The notes under the pieces: generated by a model | What the model was told of the DNA's origin: nothing | Seen by the model: the letters and a program-made list of their open reading frames with translations, nothing else | Databases searched by the model: none | Translations under genes and position numbers: made by a program | Virus record (IMG/VR): IMGVR_UViG_3300021399_000122 | Location: 40,849 to 104,848 of that record | From: a virus | Lineage: Duplodnaviria > Caudoviricetes | Length of the DNA: 64,000 nucleotides | Direction: 5' to 3' (one strand) | Shown here: positions 1-11,124 of the stretch, in pieces | Layout of the letters: every line of letters begins with the position of its first letter | Position numbering within the stretch: the stretch's first letter is position 1

Positions 1-3000
1 GAAGAACTAAAAGATTCGCTCGAAAGCGTACTGGAAGAGGTTCGTTTAATCCGCGAGGAAGGCGTTACCACCGTACAGTCGCAGAGCGGCGTCGGTGGCG
101 TCCTTGAGCAGCTTCAACAGGCCACGCAGGGACTATCGGAAGAATCTAAAGAGGCATATGATACAATTACCAAACTCGTTACAGGGCTGAACGATTATGG
201 AAATATCGATGCCTCTAAATTATATGCAATAACTAATGCGTTCATTAGTTTGCAAAATATTGGAAGCGGCACATTTTCAACTAAGACAGTTGAAAACATT
301 ATTAGCATGGCTAAGCAATTGGCCGCAGTTGGCCAAGCCGGCCCGATCACCCTGTCGCTTGATGTTAGTGCCATTGATGGTATTAAGGTCAGCAAAGCGT
401 CCTTAAAGGCACTTGCTGAAAATCTGCCAGAGATTTCTAAGGCGGATGGCGATCAGCTCCAAAAAATATTCGCCGCCGACCCTACAAATGGCATAAATAA
501 TATTAATGTTAGTAAGGCGAGCCTGGAACATCTCGCAACGAAGTTGCCTGAGATTACAAAGATCAACTCTAAAAAGCTCGCAGATATACTTAACGTAAAT
601 ACAGCCGGGATCAACAGTTTAAAAGTAAGTAAGGCATCTGTAGAAAACATCGCCAATCTTGCGCGGGCTGCTCAGATATTAAAAGAAAACAATGTAGACC
701 TAACACTAAAAGGCGACCCTAGCGAAGAGCTTAATAAGATAGCGCAGAAGATGAGCCAGATCGGCGATGCGGCTGAAACTGCCGCTGACGCCGTCAACGA
801 TCTATCGGGTGCATTAGGTTCTCGGGATCTTGAGCCTACCGAGCCAGATGGCTACAGCCCATTAAATGGAAAAGACTTGGCGGGTAGTGTAAAGAGTGCT
901 TTAAGGTTGCAGGAAGTTCCCGCAGAAAATATTAAAGAAGTTACCAAAGCGGTTGCTGGAATGCGTGGCGAATTTGTCAGCGCAACAGCGGCATGGCGTG
1001 ATTACGGGGAAGAAGGACGACACGTCACATCAGTTGTCGTACAAACGGCTACTGAGGCGGAAAACGGTATCCAGAAGCTGACTTCACAGGTTGTCGAATT
1101 CAAAAGAAATGTGAACGAAGAGACCGGAGAGGTAACGTGGACGTCTAAGCTTGCCAGCGGAATAGAAAAAATCAAAGCAGTTGCAGACAGTGCAGCGCAA
1201 TCGACCGATAAGTTAATCAAGCAAAGTGACGCACTCTCCCTAGCCAAGTTGGATGATCTTCGTTTAAATGCCGAAAGGGCGATCCAATCAGCATTACGGT
1301 CGGGTGTTGGCGACGATAACGATTCTATTGATGCTTTGCGGACGCTTCAGTCTGTCCTTGGCGATGTGGAATCTGAGTTGAGAAATGCAGATTATTCGCA
1401 GAGTGCCTTTAACGAAATCACAAAAGAAGCAAGCGCATTGATTAGTGTTCACTCCAAGCAACTCGGTTTTGCGGTACAACAGCAAAAGGAAGAAGCGGCG
1501 GCTGTCCGTGAGGCTGAAAAAGCAAAGGCGGCTCTCGTAGATAGGACTAAAGCTCAAGCAGCCGTAGAGGCAGAGCTTAATAAAGTAATCGGGCCGCTCT
1601 ATGGCGACGCTATTAAAAACGGCATTTCAGAGAGCGACCCGGGCATGCAGCAGTTGCAGGCTTATGCATCTGAGCTCTACGCGCTTTATGACTGGATGCA
1701 GAATGACGCCAATATGACACAAGCGGAGTTCGAAGAGCATCTTAAAAATATCAAAGCTTACTATTCAAGTTCAACATCGGCAGTCAAGCAAAGTATTGCT
1801 GTTACCAAAGAAGCGGCAAAGGCCGAAAAGGAATTAAATAAGAATCTTGCCTCTTCCGCGAAAGTTCGCGAATCGGTTGCATCTGCTGTTGAGAGGTATA
1901 AGAAGGCAGAATCGTCTTCCGACGAAAACGTTCGGCAGAGTTATTTGAACATCCAGTCTCTGACTAACAAGCTGGCAGTCCTTGAAACGAGATATAAAAA
2001 AGGAGACATCTCGGCAGAGCAGTTCAAAAAGGGAATTGCAGACGCGAACGCGGAGCTTCGTAGGAGTTCTCAGTCGCTTGATGACGCTGGCTACGGTGTA
2101 GACGGCCTGTCAACAAAGTTCGCAAGGCTCACGCAGGAGCTCGGCCGATTCCTCTCCCCTTTCCTCCTTGCGCGTCAGGCATGGCAGACCATCAAGCAGA
2201 TGGCGAACGTGGTCATCGAATTGGAAGATGCGTTTGCCCAGTTGCAGATTGTAACCGGCGCAACAGATAAGGAACTCGAGGAGTTCTATTCGACAGCTTC
2301 TGATATCGCAACAAACCTCGGTAAGAGCATCACCGATATTGCGAAGTCTATTGAGGTCTTCTCAAGATTGGGTTACTCCCTTCCGGACGCAACAGTGCTT
2401 GCAGAGTATGCAACCATGTTGTCAAATGTTGCGAGCGTAACAACTGACCAGGCTACTACCGGTCTCACCTCTATCATCAAAGGTTATAACATGCACGTCG
2501 AGGACGCCGAACACGTCTCCGACGTTTTAGTTAGCATCGGTCAGAAGTACGCGGTCTCTGCTGGTGAAATGATGGAGGCCTACGAAAAGGCTGGTGCGGC
2601 ATTAGCGGCAACCAACACATCATTTGATAAATCGGCGGCGTTAATTGCTGCGGCAAACGCTGCAGTGCAAAACTCGTCTATTGTAGGAACTGCCCTGAAA
2701 ACAATTTCTGCAAGAATCAGAGGTTCTAAAACAGACCTCGAGGAGCTTGGTGAAAGTACAGAAGACCTCGCCGACGGTTTCTCTAAATACGCAAAAGAAA
2801 TTAAGGCATTAACCAATGTCGACATCATGGTTGAAGGAACAACCAATCAGTTCAAAGACCTGTACGACATCATGGATGAAATCGCCGAGGTATGGGACGA
2901 CCTCACCGATACACAACAAGCAAGAACCGCCGAGATCCTTGGTGGCACAAGGCAGTTGCAGGTTATTGCATCTATCATCAACAACTGGAAAGACGCGCAA

Positions 3001-6000
3001 GGCGCTTATGTGGACGCGCAGAATTCGGCTGGCGAAGCCGCCCGCGCAAACTCCATTTATATGGATACTGCAACGGCACACATGAACCAGTTCAAGGCCG
3101 CCTTCCAAGAATTAGCACACACAATTATTGATAGTGATTTCCTTAAGCAGGTTATTGACATTGGAACGGCGATGCTTAAAGCGGCAGACGCCGTTACAAG
3201 GTTCATTGAGTCGGCTGGAGGATTGGCGCCTCTTTTAATCAATATTTCCGGGTTGCTCCTTGTCCTAAGAGGAAATGACATCATCAAATTGCTCAGCAAG
3301 GCTGGCACTGCTATGGCAAGCCTTATTAGTACCGTTGGTACTTGGCTAGGGACGTTAACAACGGCTGGCGCAGGTGTTATTACGACACTGGATATGGTCG
3401 AAGTAAGCGCAACATCCGCAGCGGCTGCAACTGCGCCACTGACAGGAATCATTGGTGCGGTAATGGTTGCTGCATCTGCACTTGCCGCAATGGTTATCAG
3501 AACAAAGAACAGCATTGCACAAGCTCGTGAAGAGACTATTAGAGCTGGTGAGGCAGCGGCCACCGAAAGTGCTGAGCTTGTAAACCTTACACAAGCGTAT
3601 GAAGAACTTGTTAAAGTTGGTTCTGACAGCGCCGCAATTATTGAAGCTAGAGACAAGGTACTTGATAAACTGCATGTTGAGTATGACGAGCTCCAGCGGC
3701 TGATTGCCGAGTACGGATCATATGAAGAGGCAATTAAACACGCAGCAGCGTCACAGGTAGCAGCACAGCGTGCTACATTGCAAGGCGCGTATAACAACGC
3801 GGCAAAGAATCTTACGTCGAGCGGATATGAGAGTGCTGGGGCAGCGCACAGAATTGATTATGGCGACAACCCAGCTGCAGATAGACGTGCGATCAAAGCT
3901 TTGTCTGGCGCAGGATATATAAGCGGCTCTTCCAACGGATTCGGAGGGAGCGTCGTTAACTATAACCTTGGGGATCTTTCTACAACCGAAGGCATCATCG
4001 AAGCGTATGGCAGACTGCACGACATGATGAATATGTTGATCGATGATGGCCATGCAAATACAGCCGTATATCAGGATCTTTATAATCTGTATACACAACT
4101 CCAAGTCGGTGTAGATTCTTACAATAGCGCACTGAACAACTTAATCGCAAACGAGCTGCAGCAACAATACCTTGAGCAAGGTGTTCCTCAGACTGCCGCC
4201 GAGTATTCCAACCTCCGTAATCAATTGATCTCAACAGTAATGGCATCGGATCAATTCTCTGGGTCTATGGCCGAGGCCGGTGCAGTTGTTGACGACTTCC
4301 TTGGCAAACAATACGGGCTCGAAGAATTCTCTAACGGCATTCAAGGTGCATTTAGTAATATCACAAGCGGAGCCGACGCAATCAATGCAGTGCATGATGC
4401 GTTTAAGGGTGTCAAGGATACAATCGATGGAGTCACGAGCTCATTGCAGGCGGTCAGCTCGGTACAAGATCTTGTAGCCAATGGCTTTGTAGTCGATGCT
4501 CAGAAAGCTATGGAACTTGCGGCCGCCTACCCCGAAATTCTTGATAACGCAACTGTTACCGCAGAAGGTCAGCTTCAATTAAATGAAGCGGCGGTAAACT
4601 CGTTTATTGAAGGCAAAGAGAGCGAGATCAACGCGTCAATTGACGCAAAGATTGCCGACCTTCGAGCAGACGAAGCTGTGTTGGAGGCGAAGAAGGAATT
4701 CGCAACAGGTCAATTACAGATGGCTCAAGCGGTTGCCGAGGGCGAAGATGCTATTACGGTATCGCAGTTAAAGAATAGACTTGAAAATTCAAATAAAGTT
4801 GTCAACGCCCTTATCCAGATGGGGTACGATGAGGCAACAGCTTATCAGATGGCGTTGGAGGCAATGTCTGAAAACGTTAGTATCTTCGACGGTAACGTAG
4901 GTGATGCGGCGCAAAATATTGCTGACAACTTCGCATCTGCCTCTGAAAGTAGCGCCAACTCTCTGAACACCAACACGATCCTCATGAATTCCAACATTAA
5001 CAAGATTACCTCTCACGCCCACGAAGCGGCTAAGGCCGTGAATGGAATCGGAAGTGGTAATGTTGCTGGTAACGTTTATGATGATGGTGGAGCCGGATCT
5101 GCGCATGTCAAAAACTTTAACAAAGCCACAAATAAAAGGGCGCTTGTCAATGCTGCAGTCAGAGAGAGCAACCGCAACAATGTCGACCTTCAAAATCTGA
5201 TTTCTAACATTAAAGCGGATATCAGCGGGTACACCGCAGCGATCGGCGCCATCCACGGCCAGATTAGTGCGTTAGAGGGGTTGCGCAACTCTGCAATAAG
5301 CGGTATTCGAAATTATAAGCCGAGCTCATCTGGCGGCTCCGGAGGTTCCGGTGGCGGTGGTGGAGGTGGCGGTGGCGGAGGCGGAGGTTCTGGCTCTGGC
5401 TCTTCTGAGAAAGAAGAGACTTGGTTCCAGAAACAATACAAACTCCACCAACACTACGTCAATATGGATCAGGAGACAACCGCCGACTTCCTGAAATGGT
5501 TGGAAAAGGCCTATAAGCAAGCGTACAAGGAAGGTATCATCACACTTGATGAATACTACAAGTACGAAGAGGAAATTTACAACGGCTACAACAAGATTAA
5601 GGAAGCGGCCAAGTCTACCTTTGATGCGCTCGTTGACTACCGCGTCAAGATGCTTAAGCAGGATCGTGAGAATCAGAAGGATTCAATCAACGACCAGCTC
5701 AACGACCTCAAGGATTTCTACAACAAGCAAAAAGAAATGTTGCAGAAACAGCAGGATGAGGAAAAGTATCTTGATGAGCAGACGGAGAAGCGAAAGTCTG
5801 TAAATGACATTAAACAACAGATTGCACAACTCCAGTTCGATACGTCTGCTTGGGCACAGAAACGTCGTCAGGAGTTGCTGCAGGAACTGTCTGACGCCGA
5901 AAAGGATCTGCAGGATTTTGAAGATCAGCATGCTTTAGAAGAAGCTTTGAATGCTCTGGATGAAGCATATAATGCCGAAGAGGAAAGACTCAACAAGCAG

Positions 6001-6936
6001 ATCGAAGCAATCGATGAAGTGTTGAATGATCCTAACGCCCTTTACAATCAGGCGCTCGCGGATATCAAAGGCAACACAGAAGATTTGTTTAAGGCGTTCA
6101 TCCTGTTTAATAAAAAGTACGGCGATGGCGACGACGAGACAATCAAGAAGCTGTGGGAAGAGGCTTTCAAGAACAATGAGGACTATAAGAAGATTGTCGG
6201 CAAGTATTACGAAGATACGAAGATCGGCAATTATACAGGATATAAAGCCCCTACCCCGCCGACAAATCCTCAGCCTCCGACCAGCAGTAGCAGTTCTTCA
6301 AAGAGCAGTAGCAGTAGTAGCAGCTCTTCAAGCAGAAGTTCCGCCCCTTCCCTTTCATCTGGATCAACCGTACAGGTGAAAACGTCTGCGACACATTTCA
6401 GCCCCAAGAGCGGAAGCGTGCGCATGGCGTCATTTGTACCGGGCGGTCAATACACCGTGTATCAGACTAGCGGCAATGAAGTTCTCATTGGCCGTGGCGG
6501 TGTATATACTGGATGGATTTATCGCTCTGACATTGTTGGCTATAAAAAGGGAACGAAGAACGCGACACCTGGTCTGCATAAGATTAACGAGGAAGGCACC
6601 GAAGCTATCTTCTCATCTGGTGACGGCAACCAATACCGCATGTTCAACGGAGGAGAAAAAGTTCTCAATGCAAAGGCTACAAACTTCCTGTATGAGTTTG
6701 CGATGGCCGGCGCAGAGATTCTCGACAAGATGCGTGGCGCATCTAAGGATGTGTTCAGGGGTGTGGGCACTATCAATCAGCCCATTGATATCAACATGGG
6801 TGACATTATTATTAATGGAAATATTGATAAGCAGAGCGTTTCTGACATCCGCCGTGCACAGCGTGAACAGGTTAACGATGTCCTTAAGGCATTCAATAAA
6901 TATCAAATCACTCTCTACAGAGGGGTTAGAAAATAA
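1..6936 (+). CDS. Tail tape-measure protein (TP901-type TMP domain, C-terminal SH3-like domain); 5' end outside the window
   Basis: The frame is open from base 1, so it extends beyond the 250 start in the ORF track. It is >2300 aa and Ala-rich/helical, with the TMP segment 'ELEDAFAQLQIVTGAT...GTALKTISARIRG', hydrophobic segments, Gly/Ser linkers and an SH3-like 'YTVYQ...VLIG...TGWI'. It sits upstream of Dit/Tal. Confidence 0.92.
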   Translation, partial: EELKDSLESVLEEVRLIREEGVTTVQSQSGVGGVLEQLQQATQGLSEESKEAYDTITKLVTGLNDYGNIDASKLYAITNAFISLQNIGSGTFSTKTVENIISMAKQLAAVGQAGPITLSLDVSAIDGIKVSKASLKALAENLPEISKADGDQLQKIFAADPTNGINNINVSKASLEHLATKLPEITKINSKKLADILNVNTAGINSLKVSKASVENIANLARAAQILKENNVDLTLKGDPSEELNKIAQKMSQIGDAAETAADAVNDLSGALGSRDLEPTEPDGYSPLNGKDLAGSVKSALRLQEVPAENIKEVTKAVAGMRGEFVSATAAWRDYGEEGRHVTSVVVQTATEAENGIQKLTSQVVEFKRNVNEETGEVTWTSKLASGIEKIKAVADSAAQSTDKLIKQSDALSLAKLDDLRLNAERAIQSALRSGVGDDNDSIDALRTLQSVLGDVESELRNADYSQSAFNEITKEASALISVHSKQLGFAVQQQKEEAAAVREAEKAKAALVDRTKAQAAVEAELNKVIGPLYGDAIKNGISESDPGMQQLQAYASELYALYDWMQNDANMTQAEFEEHLKNIKAYYSSSTSAVKQSIAVTKEAAKAEKELNKNLASSAKVRESVASAVERYKKAESSSDENVRQSYLNIQSLTNKLAVLETRYKKGDISAEQFKKGIADANAELRRSSQSLDDAGYGVDGLSTKFARLTQELGRFLSPFLLARQAWQTIKQMANVVIELEDAFAQLQIVTGATDKELEEFYSTASDIATNLGKSITDIAKSIEVFSRLGYSLPDATVLAEYATMLSNVASVTTDQATTGLTSIIKGYNMHVEDAEHVSDVLVSIGQKYAVSAGEMMEAYEKAGAALAATNTSFDKSAALIAAANAAVQNSSIVGTALKTISARIRGSKTDLEELGESTEDLADGFSKYAKEIKALTNVDIMVEGTTNQFKDLYDIMDEIAEVWDDLTDTQQARTAEILGGTRQLQVIASIINNWKDAQGAYVDAQNSAGEAARANSIYMDTATAHMNQFKAAFQELAHTIIDSDFLKQVIDIGTAMLKAADAVTRFIESAGGLAPLLINISGLLLVLRGNDIIKLLSKAGTAMASLISTVGTWLGTLTTAGAGVITTLDMVEVSATSAAAATAPLTGIIGAVMVAASALAAMVIRTKNSIAQAREETIRAGEAAATESAELVNLTQAYEELVKVGSDSAAIIEARDKVLDKLHVEYDELQRLIAEYGSYEEAIKHAAASQVAAQRATLQGAYNNAAKNLTSSGYESAGAAHRIDYGDNPAADRRAIKALSGAGYISGSSNGFGGSVVNYNLGDLSTTEGIIEAYGRLHDMMNMLIDDGHANTAVYQDLYNLYTQLQVGVDSYNSALNNLIANELQQQYLEQGVPQTAAEYSNLRNQLISTVMASDQFSGSMAEAGAVVDDFLGKQYGLEEFSNGIQGAFSNITSGADAINAVHDAFKGVKDTIDGVTSSLQAVSSVQDLVANGFVVDAQKAMELAAAYPEILDNATVTAEGQLQLNEAAVNSFIEGKESEINASIDAKIADLRADEAVLEAKKEFATGQLQMAQAVAEGEDAITVSQLKNRLENSNKVVNALIQMGYDEATAYQMALEAMSENVSIFDGNVGDAAQNIADNFASASESSANSLNTNTILMNSNINKITSHAHEAAKAVNGIGSGNVAGNVYDDGGAGSAHVKNFNKATNKRALVNAAVRESNRNNVDLQNLISNIKADISGYTAAIGAIHGQISALEGLRNSAISGIRNYKPSSSGGSGGSGGGGGGGGGGGGGSGSGSSEKEETWFQKQYKLHQHYVNMDQETTADFLKWLEKAYKQAYKEGIITLDEYYKYEEEIYNGYNKIKEAAKSTFDALVDYRVKMLKQDRENQKDSINDQLNDLKDFYNKQKEMLQKQQDEEKYLDEQTEKRKSVNDIKQQIAQLQFDTSAWAQKRRQELLQELSDAEKDLQDFEDQHALEEALNALDEAYNAEEERLNKQIEAIDEVLNDPNALYNQALADIKGNTEDLFKAFILFNKKYGDGDDETIKKLWEEAFKNNEDYKKIVGKYYEDTKIGNYTGYKAPTPPTNPQPPTSSSSSSKSSSSSSSSSSRSSAPSLSSGSTVQVKTSATHFSPKSGSVRMASFVPGGQYTVYQTSGNEVLIGRGGVYTGWIYRSDIVGYKKGTKNATPGLHKINEEGTEAIFSSGDGNQYRMFNGGEKVLNAKATNFLYEFAMAGAEILDKMRGASKDVFRGVGTINQPIDINMGDIIINGNIDKQSVSDIRRAQREQVNDVLKAFNKYQITLYRGVRK

Positions 6937-7057
6937 TTTCAAACGGAGTGTCTCGCCAATCATCCATTTGATTGGCGGGGCATATCCGCCCTATCAAGCC
7001 CGTATGGGCATTTTTATGTATATGAAAATATCATTTTAGAAAGGAGCCCGAAGAACT

Positions 7058-7906
7058 ATGGCAGATATATATGGATCGCACTTCACCTATGGTGGAACGC
7101 TTTCATCGACATATGGCATTATGATTGCCAGCGTTGAGTCCGAACGGTTCACTCAGGTTGCCGGTACGATTGCCGGCGTGACGATCTTTAACAAAAGCGG
7201 CAAGCGGAATTATCTGATTGACGATGACTACTCTGGGTCTCCGCTTTCATTTGATGTTGATATTGTTACAGATGACGGCAGGACGTTAAGCAACTCTGAA
7301 TGTCGTGCCATCGAGAAGTGGCTGTTCAATCGCCACAGGTATCGCAAGCTCTACGTCGATCACTTGGACGAATGTGGGCTTGCCACAGAGGACTACTCCG
7401 CCGAGACAATTGACGGTGAAGAAAAGCGCCTGTATCTGAACTGCCGATTCATCAACACATTCTACCTCGAGTACGAGGGCGGCATTGTTGGATATCGGGC
7501 AACGCTCGAAGCTGATAATGGCTACTGGTATCAGGACGCTATCACCAAAACCATCGATGTCAATAACACATCAGCCTCTGCGACATCTACATTCACTATC
7601 GATGTTGACACAGATATCGACGATTACACCTATCCGCGAGTTACCATCAAGATGGATAGCGCTGGCGGCGAGGTCACACTTATTAACCAGACAGACAACA
7701 GCGCAAGATTTACTTCGTTTGTTGATATTGCTGGTGGTGCAACCGTAATCATTGATAGCGAATATAACTATATCAACGATCAATACTATCTGAAGTTTTC
7801 CAAGCAGAACTTCCCTCGCCTTCTTGACGGCCCGAACAACTTCACCGTCATCGGCGCAGTTAAATCAATTACGTTTACTTATAGTAACAGGAGGAACCTT
7901 CGGTGA
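7058..7906 (+). CDS. Distal tail protein (Dit-like)
   Basis: 282 aa directly after the TMP; C-terminal 'FPRLLDGPNNFTV' is typical of siphophage tail components; RBS GAAAGGAG. Confidence 0.75.
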   Translation: MADIYGSHFTYGGTLSSTYGIMIASVESERFTQVAGTIAGVTIFNKSGKRNYLIDDDYSGSPLSFDVDIVTDDGRTLSNSECRAIEKWLFNRHRYRKLYVDHLDECGLATEDYSAETIDGEEKRLYLNCRFINTFYLEYEGGIVGYRATLEADNGYWYQDAITKTIDVNNTSASATSTFTIDVDTDIDDYTYPRVTIKMDSAGGEVTLINQTDNSARFTSFVDIAGGATVIIDSEYNYINDQYYLKFSKQNFPRLLDGPNNFTVIGAVKSITFTYSNRRNLR

Positions 7907-10900
7907 TCGTTAAGTATGATTCACTTAACCGTTTTGAGAAGCCGAAGTTAATACTCTGTAACCCCGGTGCTAAATACACCAATGGGCGATTGACAAATGT
8001 TCTAGGCACCCTTTCTGATTATGATTCTGAAGAAATCGTCTTTAATTTTAATTCAACGTCAGACTTGAACTTCCGCATTTATAAGGTCGAACACGACGAT
8101 CCTGAGCGTAACGCTCACAGTGCGTTCCTTTACAACGCCATCAAGAATAAGCGATTGATTTTTGCGGAGAACATCGGGTTCTTTGTAATCGATGATATCA
8201 ATGTTGGATACGAAGGATTAATTGATTATATTGACGTTACGGCACACTCTGCAGAGGCAGAGATCGAGCAGAAGAAGGTGCCGTATATTGAGAACAATAC
8301 ATATCGCTTCAGAACCGGCGTTGGCTCTGAGGCGCAGCAAGAAGGCCTATTCGATACACTCGTATCCCTCCTCCCCCAGTGGGAGATTGGAGAGGTCGAT
8401 GATGCGGTCGCTGAGAGATATAGAACATTCGAAGATGTCTCCATCGATGCGAACATCCTTTCGTTTATGCTTCAGGACATGCAGAATGCATACGAGTGTA
8501 TCTTTGTCTTCGACACCATTAACAGGGTTATTAATGTATACGATCAGAATAATTATGTACGTTTGACCAACATTCATCTTACTAAAGATGATCTGATCGA
8601 TACGTTGCACATCGAGGAAAACTCCGGCGATGTATATACTGCCGTCAGTGTGTTGGGCGGCGAAAACATTACCATTGGGGCGGTCAACCCATTGGGAACA
8701 AATACGATCTATGATTTCTCGTATTATCTGGATTGGATGAGCGAAGGCTTGTCTGCGAAGGTGCGCAGGTGGCAACAGCTTGTTGCCGACAAGGAGAGCG
8801 AGTATTACAGCTATAGCCTGCAATACTACAATAAGCTCAACGAGTGTTCCGGCTCTTCGCAGTCTATTCAGCAACTGCAAACGCAGATCACAATCTACAA
8901 GAGGCTTCGTGCGAACATTGTCGCCGGGTCAAGTGCATACGCTTTGGCAGAGTATAACCAGGTTATTCTGGAGAATGGCGGAACTGTAGTTCCGATTACA
9001 GAGAACATCTCTGCAATGCTTGCACAGATTGATAGATTGATCGGTGAATGCCAGACACAGATCGACACGTTGAATCAGGAGCTTGATGCAGCCAACGAAG
9101 AATTGGATGCGCTCGAGGCCTCCATTAAAGGCATTGTCGACTCGGTCGCTCTGACAAGTTACTTCACCCAAGAAGAGTATGATGAGCTGTATTACTACAT
9201 CTTCGAGGGAAGCTATACAGATGAATACGTGGTTATCACGGACATCATGACCCCGATCGAACGCTTTGAACAGATGAAGATTCTGTACGATCGTGCGCAG
9301 TCACAGCTGAAGCGCGTGAGTAAGCCAACCCAGCAGTTCACGCTGGACGTTGAGAACTTTATCTTTGCAAAGGAATTCGAGCATTGGTCAGGACAATTAG
9401 AGACGGGTTGCCTCATTAATGTCGAACTTGACAACGATGATATAGCGCCCCTTTTCTTAACTAACATTACAATCAACTATGACGACCATGCATTATCAAT
9501 GACGTTTGGAAACAGGTTCAACAAGTATGATCCGAAAACGTTATTTGAAAATGTCCTTGGCGGAATTAATAAATCTGCCAATACACTTAATTATTTGAAA
9601 GAGACTGTCTACCCCATCAAGAGCGGTGAGTTCAACGCAATGCGCGAACAGATTCAGGCTTCCAGAGACTTGACGATGGATGCAGCTCTGTCTTCTGAGA
9701 ATGAAGAAGTCACTATCGATGGCTCCGGTTACACCGGCAGAGAAAAGATTAGTGATGACGAATATGACCCGAGGCAGGTTAAGCTGACGGGTAAGAGCCT
9801 CGTCTTCACCGATGACGCATGGGAGACTTGTAAAGTCGCCATCGGTCAGATTATTCTTGGTGACGGTACAGTAACATACGGCGTTAATGCAGAGACAATC
9901 ATAGGCGACTTGATCATTGGCAATCAGCTTGTCATTAAGGACAACGACGGCAATGATCTTTTTACTATTATTGACAACAGAGTCTCATCGGAAGTTTCTA
10001 CAATCAGTGAGCGGCTGAGCCAGATGATTGTAGACACGCAGTACACTTACTGTGTTCGCGATTACGGAACGGCACCAGCTGCTTCTGATGCAGACTGGAC
10101 AACTGCTTTCCCTGAGACGTGGGGTGAAGATCAGCGCGTGTGGCGCAAAACAACCATCACCTATGAGGACGGCGATACAGAGGTTAAGGCAATTGAGGAT
10201 ATTACTGGAGCAAAAGGCGATGATGGTGTAAGCGTCACCAGTGTTGTAATTGAATACATATTGAGCGGATCAAAAGAACGCATCACACCGTTAATCTATC
10301 CGAGCACTTCGACAATTGTTGGAAGCGATATCTACCCTTCTGCTTCGGAGGAATGGAGCACTACGCCACAAGACTATGTTGAGGGACATTATTACTGGCA
10401 TAGGCTTGTTACCACATACAGTGATGGCAAGGTCGTCTATGGAGACCCGACGCTTGATAAAGAACTGAATGATCTCTGGGAAGTGACGTCATTGACTCGG
10501 TCTTCGCTCACGCAAACACAGGATGCTATCACGGCACTTGTTGAGCGTGTGACAACCGGCGAGAGCAACGTGGATAGTCTTTCTCGCGACGTGTCGGCAA
10601 TTAATCAGCGTGCAGACTCTATCGAGATGAGCGTTACAGACGTTAGACGCGACTATGTCACTAAAGACGAGCTTGGCTATAATTCGGCGACGCAAACTTT
10701 CGAACAGGGATCTATCTTAGACATGACGTCTCAGACGATTACTGCAAGTGTGTGGCGTACTGAAGAAGGTCAGTACATTTACGACACGGTTGCGAATCTC
10801 GACGAGAACGGTTTATCTGTTTCAACAAAGAATAGTGATAGTACATCTACAATCAATGGTGACGGCGTACTAGTCACCAAGCAGGTCGAAGGAGAAACGG

Positions 10901-11121
10901 TTACTGTTGCAAAGTTCACAAAGGAAATCGCATACACCAACAATTTGCAGATTGCCACTTTCGCAACTATCGGTGCGCATAGATTTGAAGCTATCGAAGG
11001 CCGCGAATGGGACTACCCAGAAAATGGTACTGCTGAAGAAAAGGCTGAGAAGACAACCATGGGCACAGGCCTTGCGTGGATCGGTAAGCAGCAAGAATTG
11101 ATAGAAAATATGGAGTCGTAA
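7903..11121 (+). CDS. Tail protein (Tal/minor tail, baseplate hub-like) with coiled coil
   Basis: 1072 aa; overlaps the Dit stop (GTGA); TMP-Dit-Tal synteny; central coiled coil. Confidence 0.72.
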   Translation: MIVKYDSLNRFEKPKLILCNPGAKYTNGRLTNVLGTLSDYDSEEIVFNFNSTSDLNFRIYKVEHDDPERNAHSAFLYNAIKNKRLIFAENIGFFVIDDINVGYEGLIDYIDVTAHSAEAEIEQKKVPYIENNTYRFRTGVGSEAQQEGLFDTLVSLLPQWEIGEVDDAVAERYRTFEDVSIDANILSFMLQDMQNAYECIFVFDTINRVINVYDQNNYVRLTNIHLTKDDLIDTLHIEENSGDVYTAVSVLGGENITIGAVNPLGTNTIYDFSYYLDWMSEGLSAKVRRWQQLVADKESEYYSYSLQYYNKLNECSGSSQSIQQLQTQITIYKRLRANIVAGSSAYALAEYNQVILENGGTVVPITENISAMLAQIDRLIGECQTQIDTLNQELDAANEELDALEASIKGIVDSVALTSYFTQEEYDELYYYIFEGSYTDEYVVITDIMTPIERFEQMKILYDRAQSQLKRVSKPTQQFTLDVENFIFAKEFEHWSGQLETGCLINVELDNDDIAPLFLTNITINYDDHALSMTFGNRFNKYDPKTLFENVLGGINKSANTLNYLKETVYPIKSGEFNAMREQIQASRDLTMDAALSSENEEVTIDGSGYTGREKISDDEYDPRQVKLTGKSLVFTDDAWETCKVAIGQIILGDGTVTYGVNAETIIGDLIIGNQLVIKDNDGNDLFTIIDNRVSSEVSTISERLSQMIVDTQYTYCVRDYGTAPAASDADWTTAFPETWGEDQRVWRKTTITYEDGDTEVKAIEDITGAKGDDGVSVTSVVIEYILSGSKERITPLIYPSTSTIVGSDIYPSASEEWSTTPQDYVEGHYYWHRLVTTYSDGKVVYGDPTLDKELNDLWEVTSLTRSSLTQTQDAITALVERVTTGESNVDSLSRDVSAINQRADSIEMSVTDVRRDYVTKDELGYNSATQTFEQGSILDMTSQTITASVWRTEEGQYIYDTVANLDENGLSVSTKNSDSTSTINGDGVLVTKQVEGETVTVAKFTKEIAYTNNLQIATFATIGAHRFEAIEGREWDYPENGTAEEKAEKTTMGTGLAWIGKQQELIENMES

Positions 11122-11124
11122 AAT

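Noticed and set aside
5320-6345. GGC/AGC low-complexity repeats in the tape-measure gene
   Set aside because: They encode ordinary in-frame Gly/Ser linkers.
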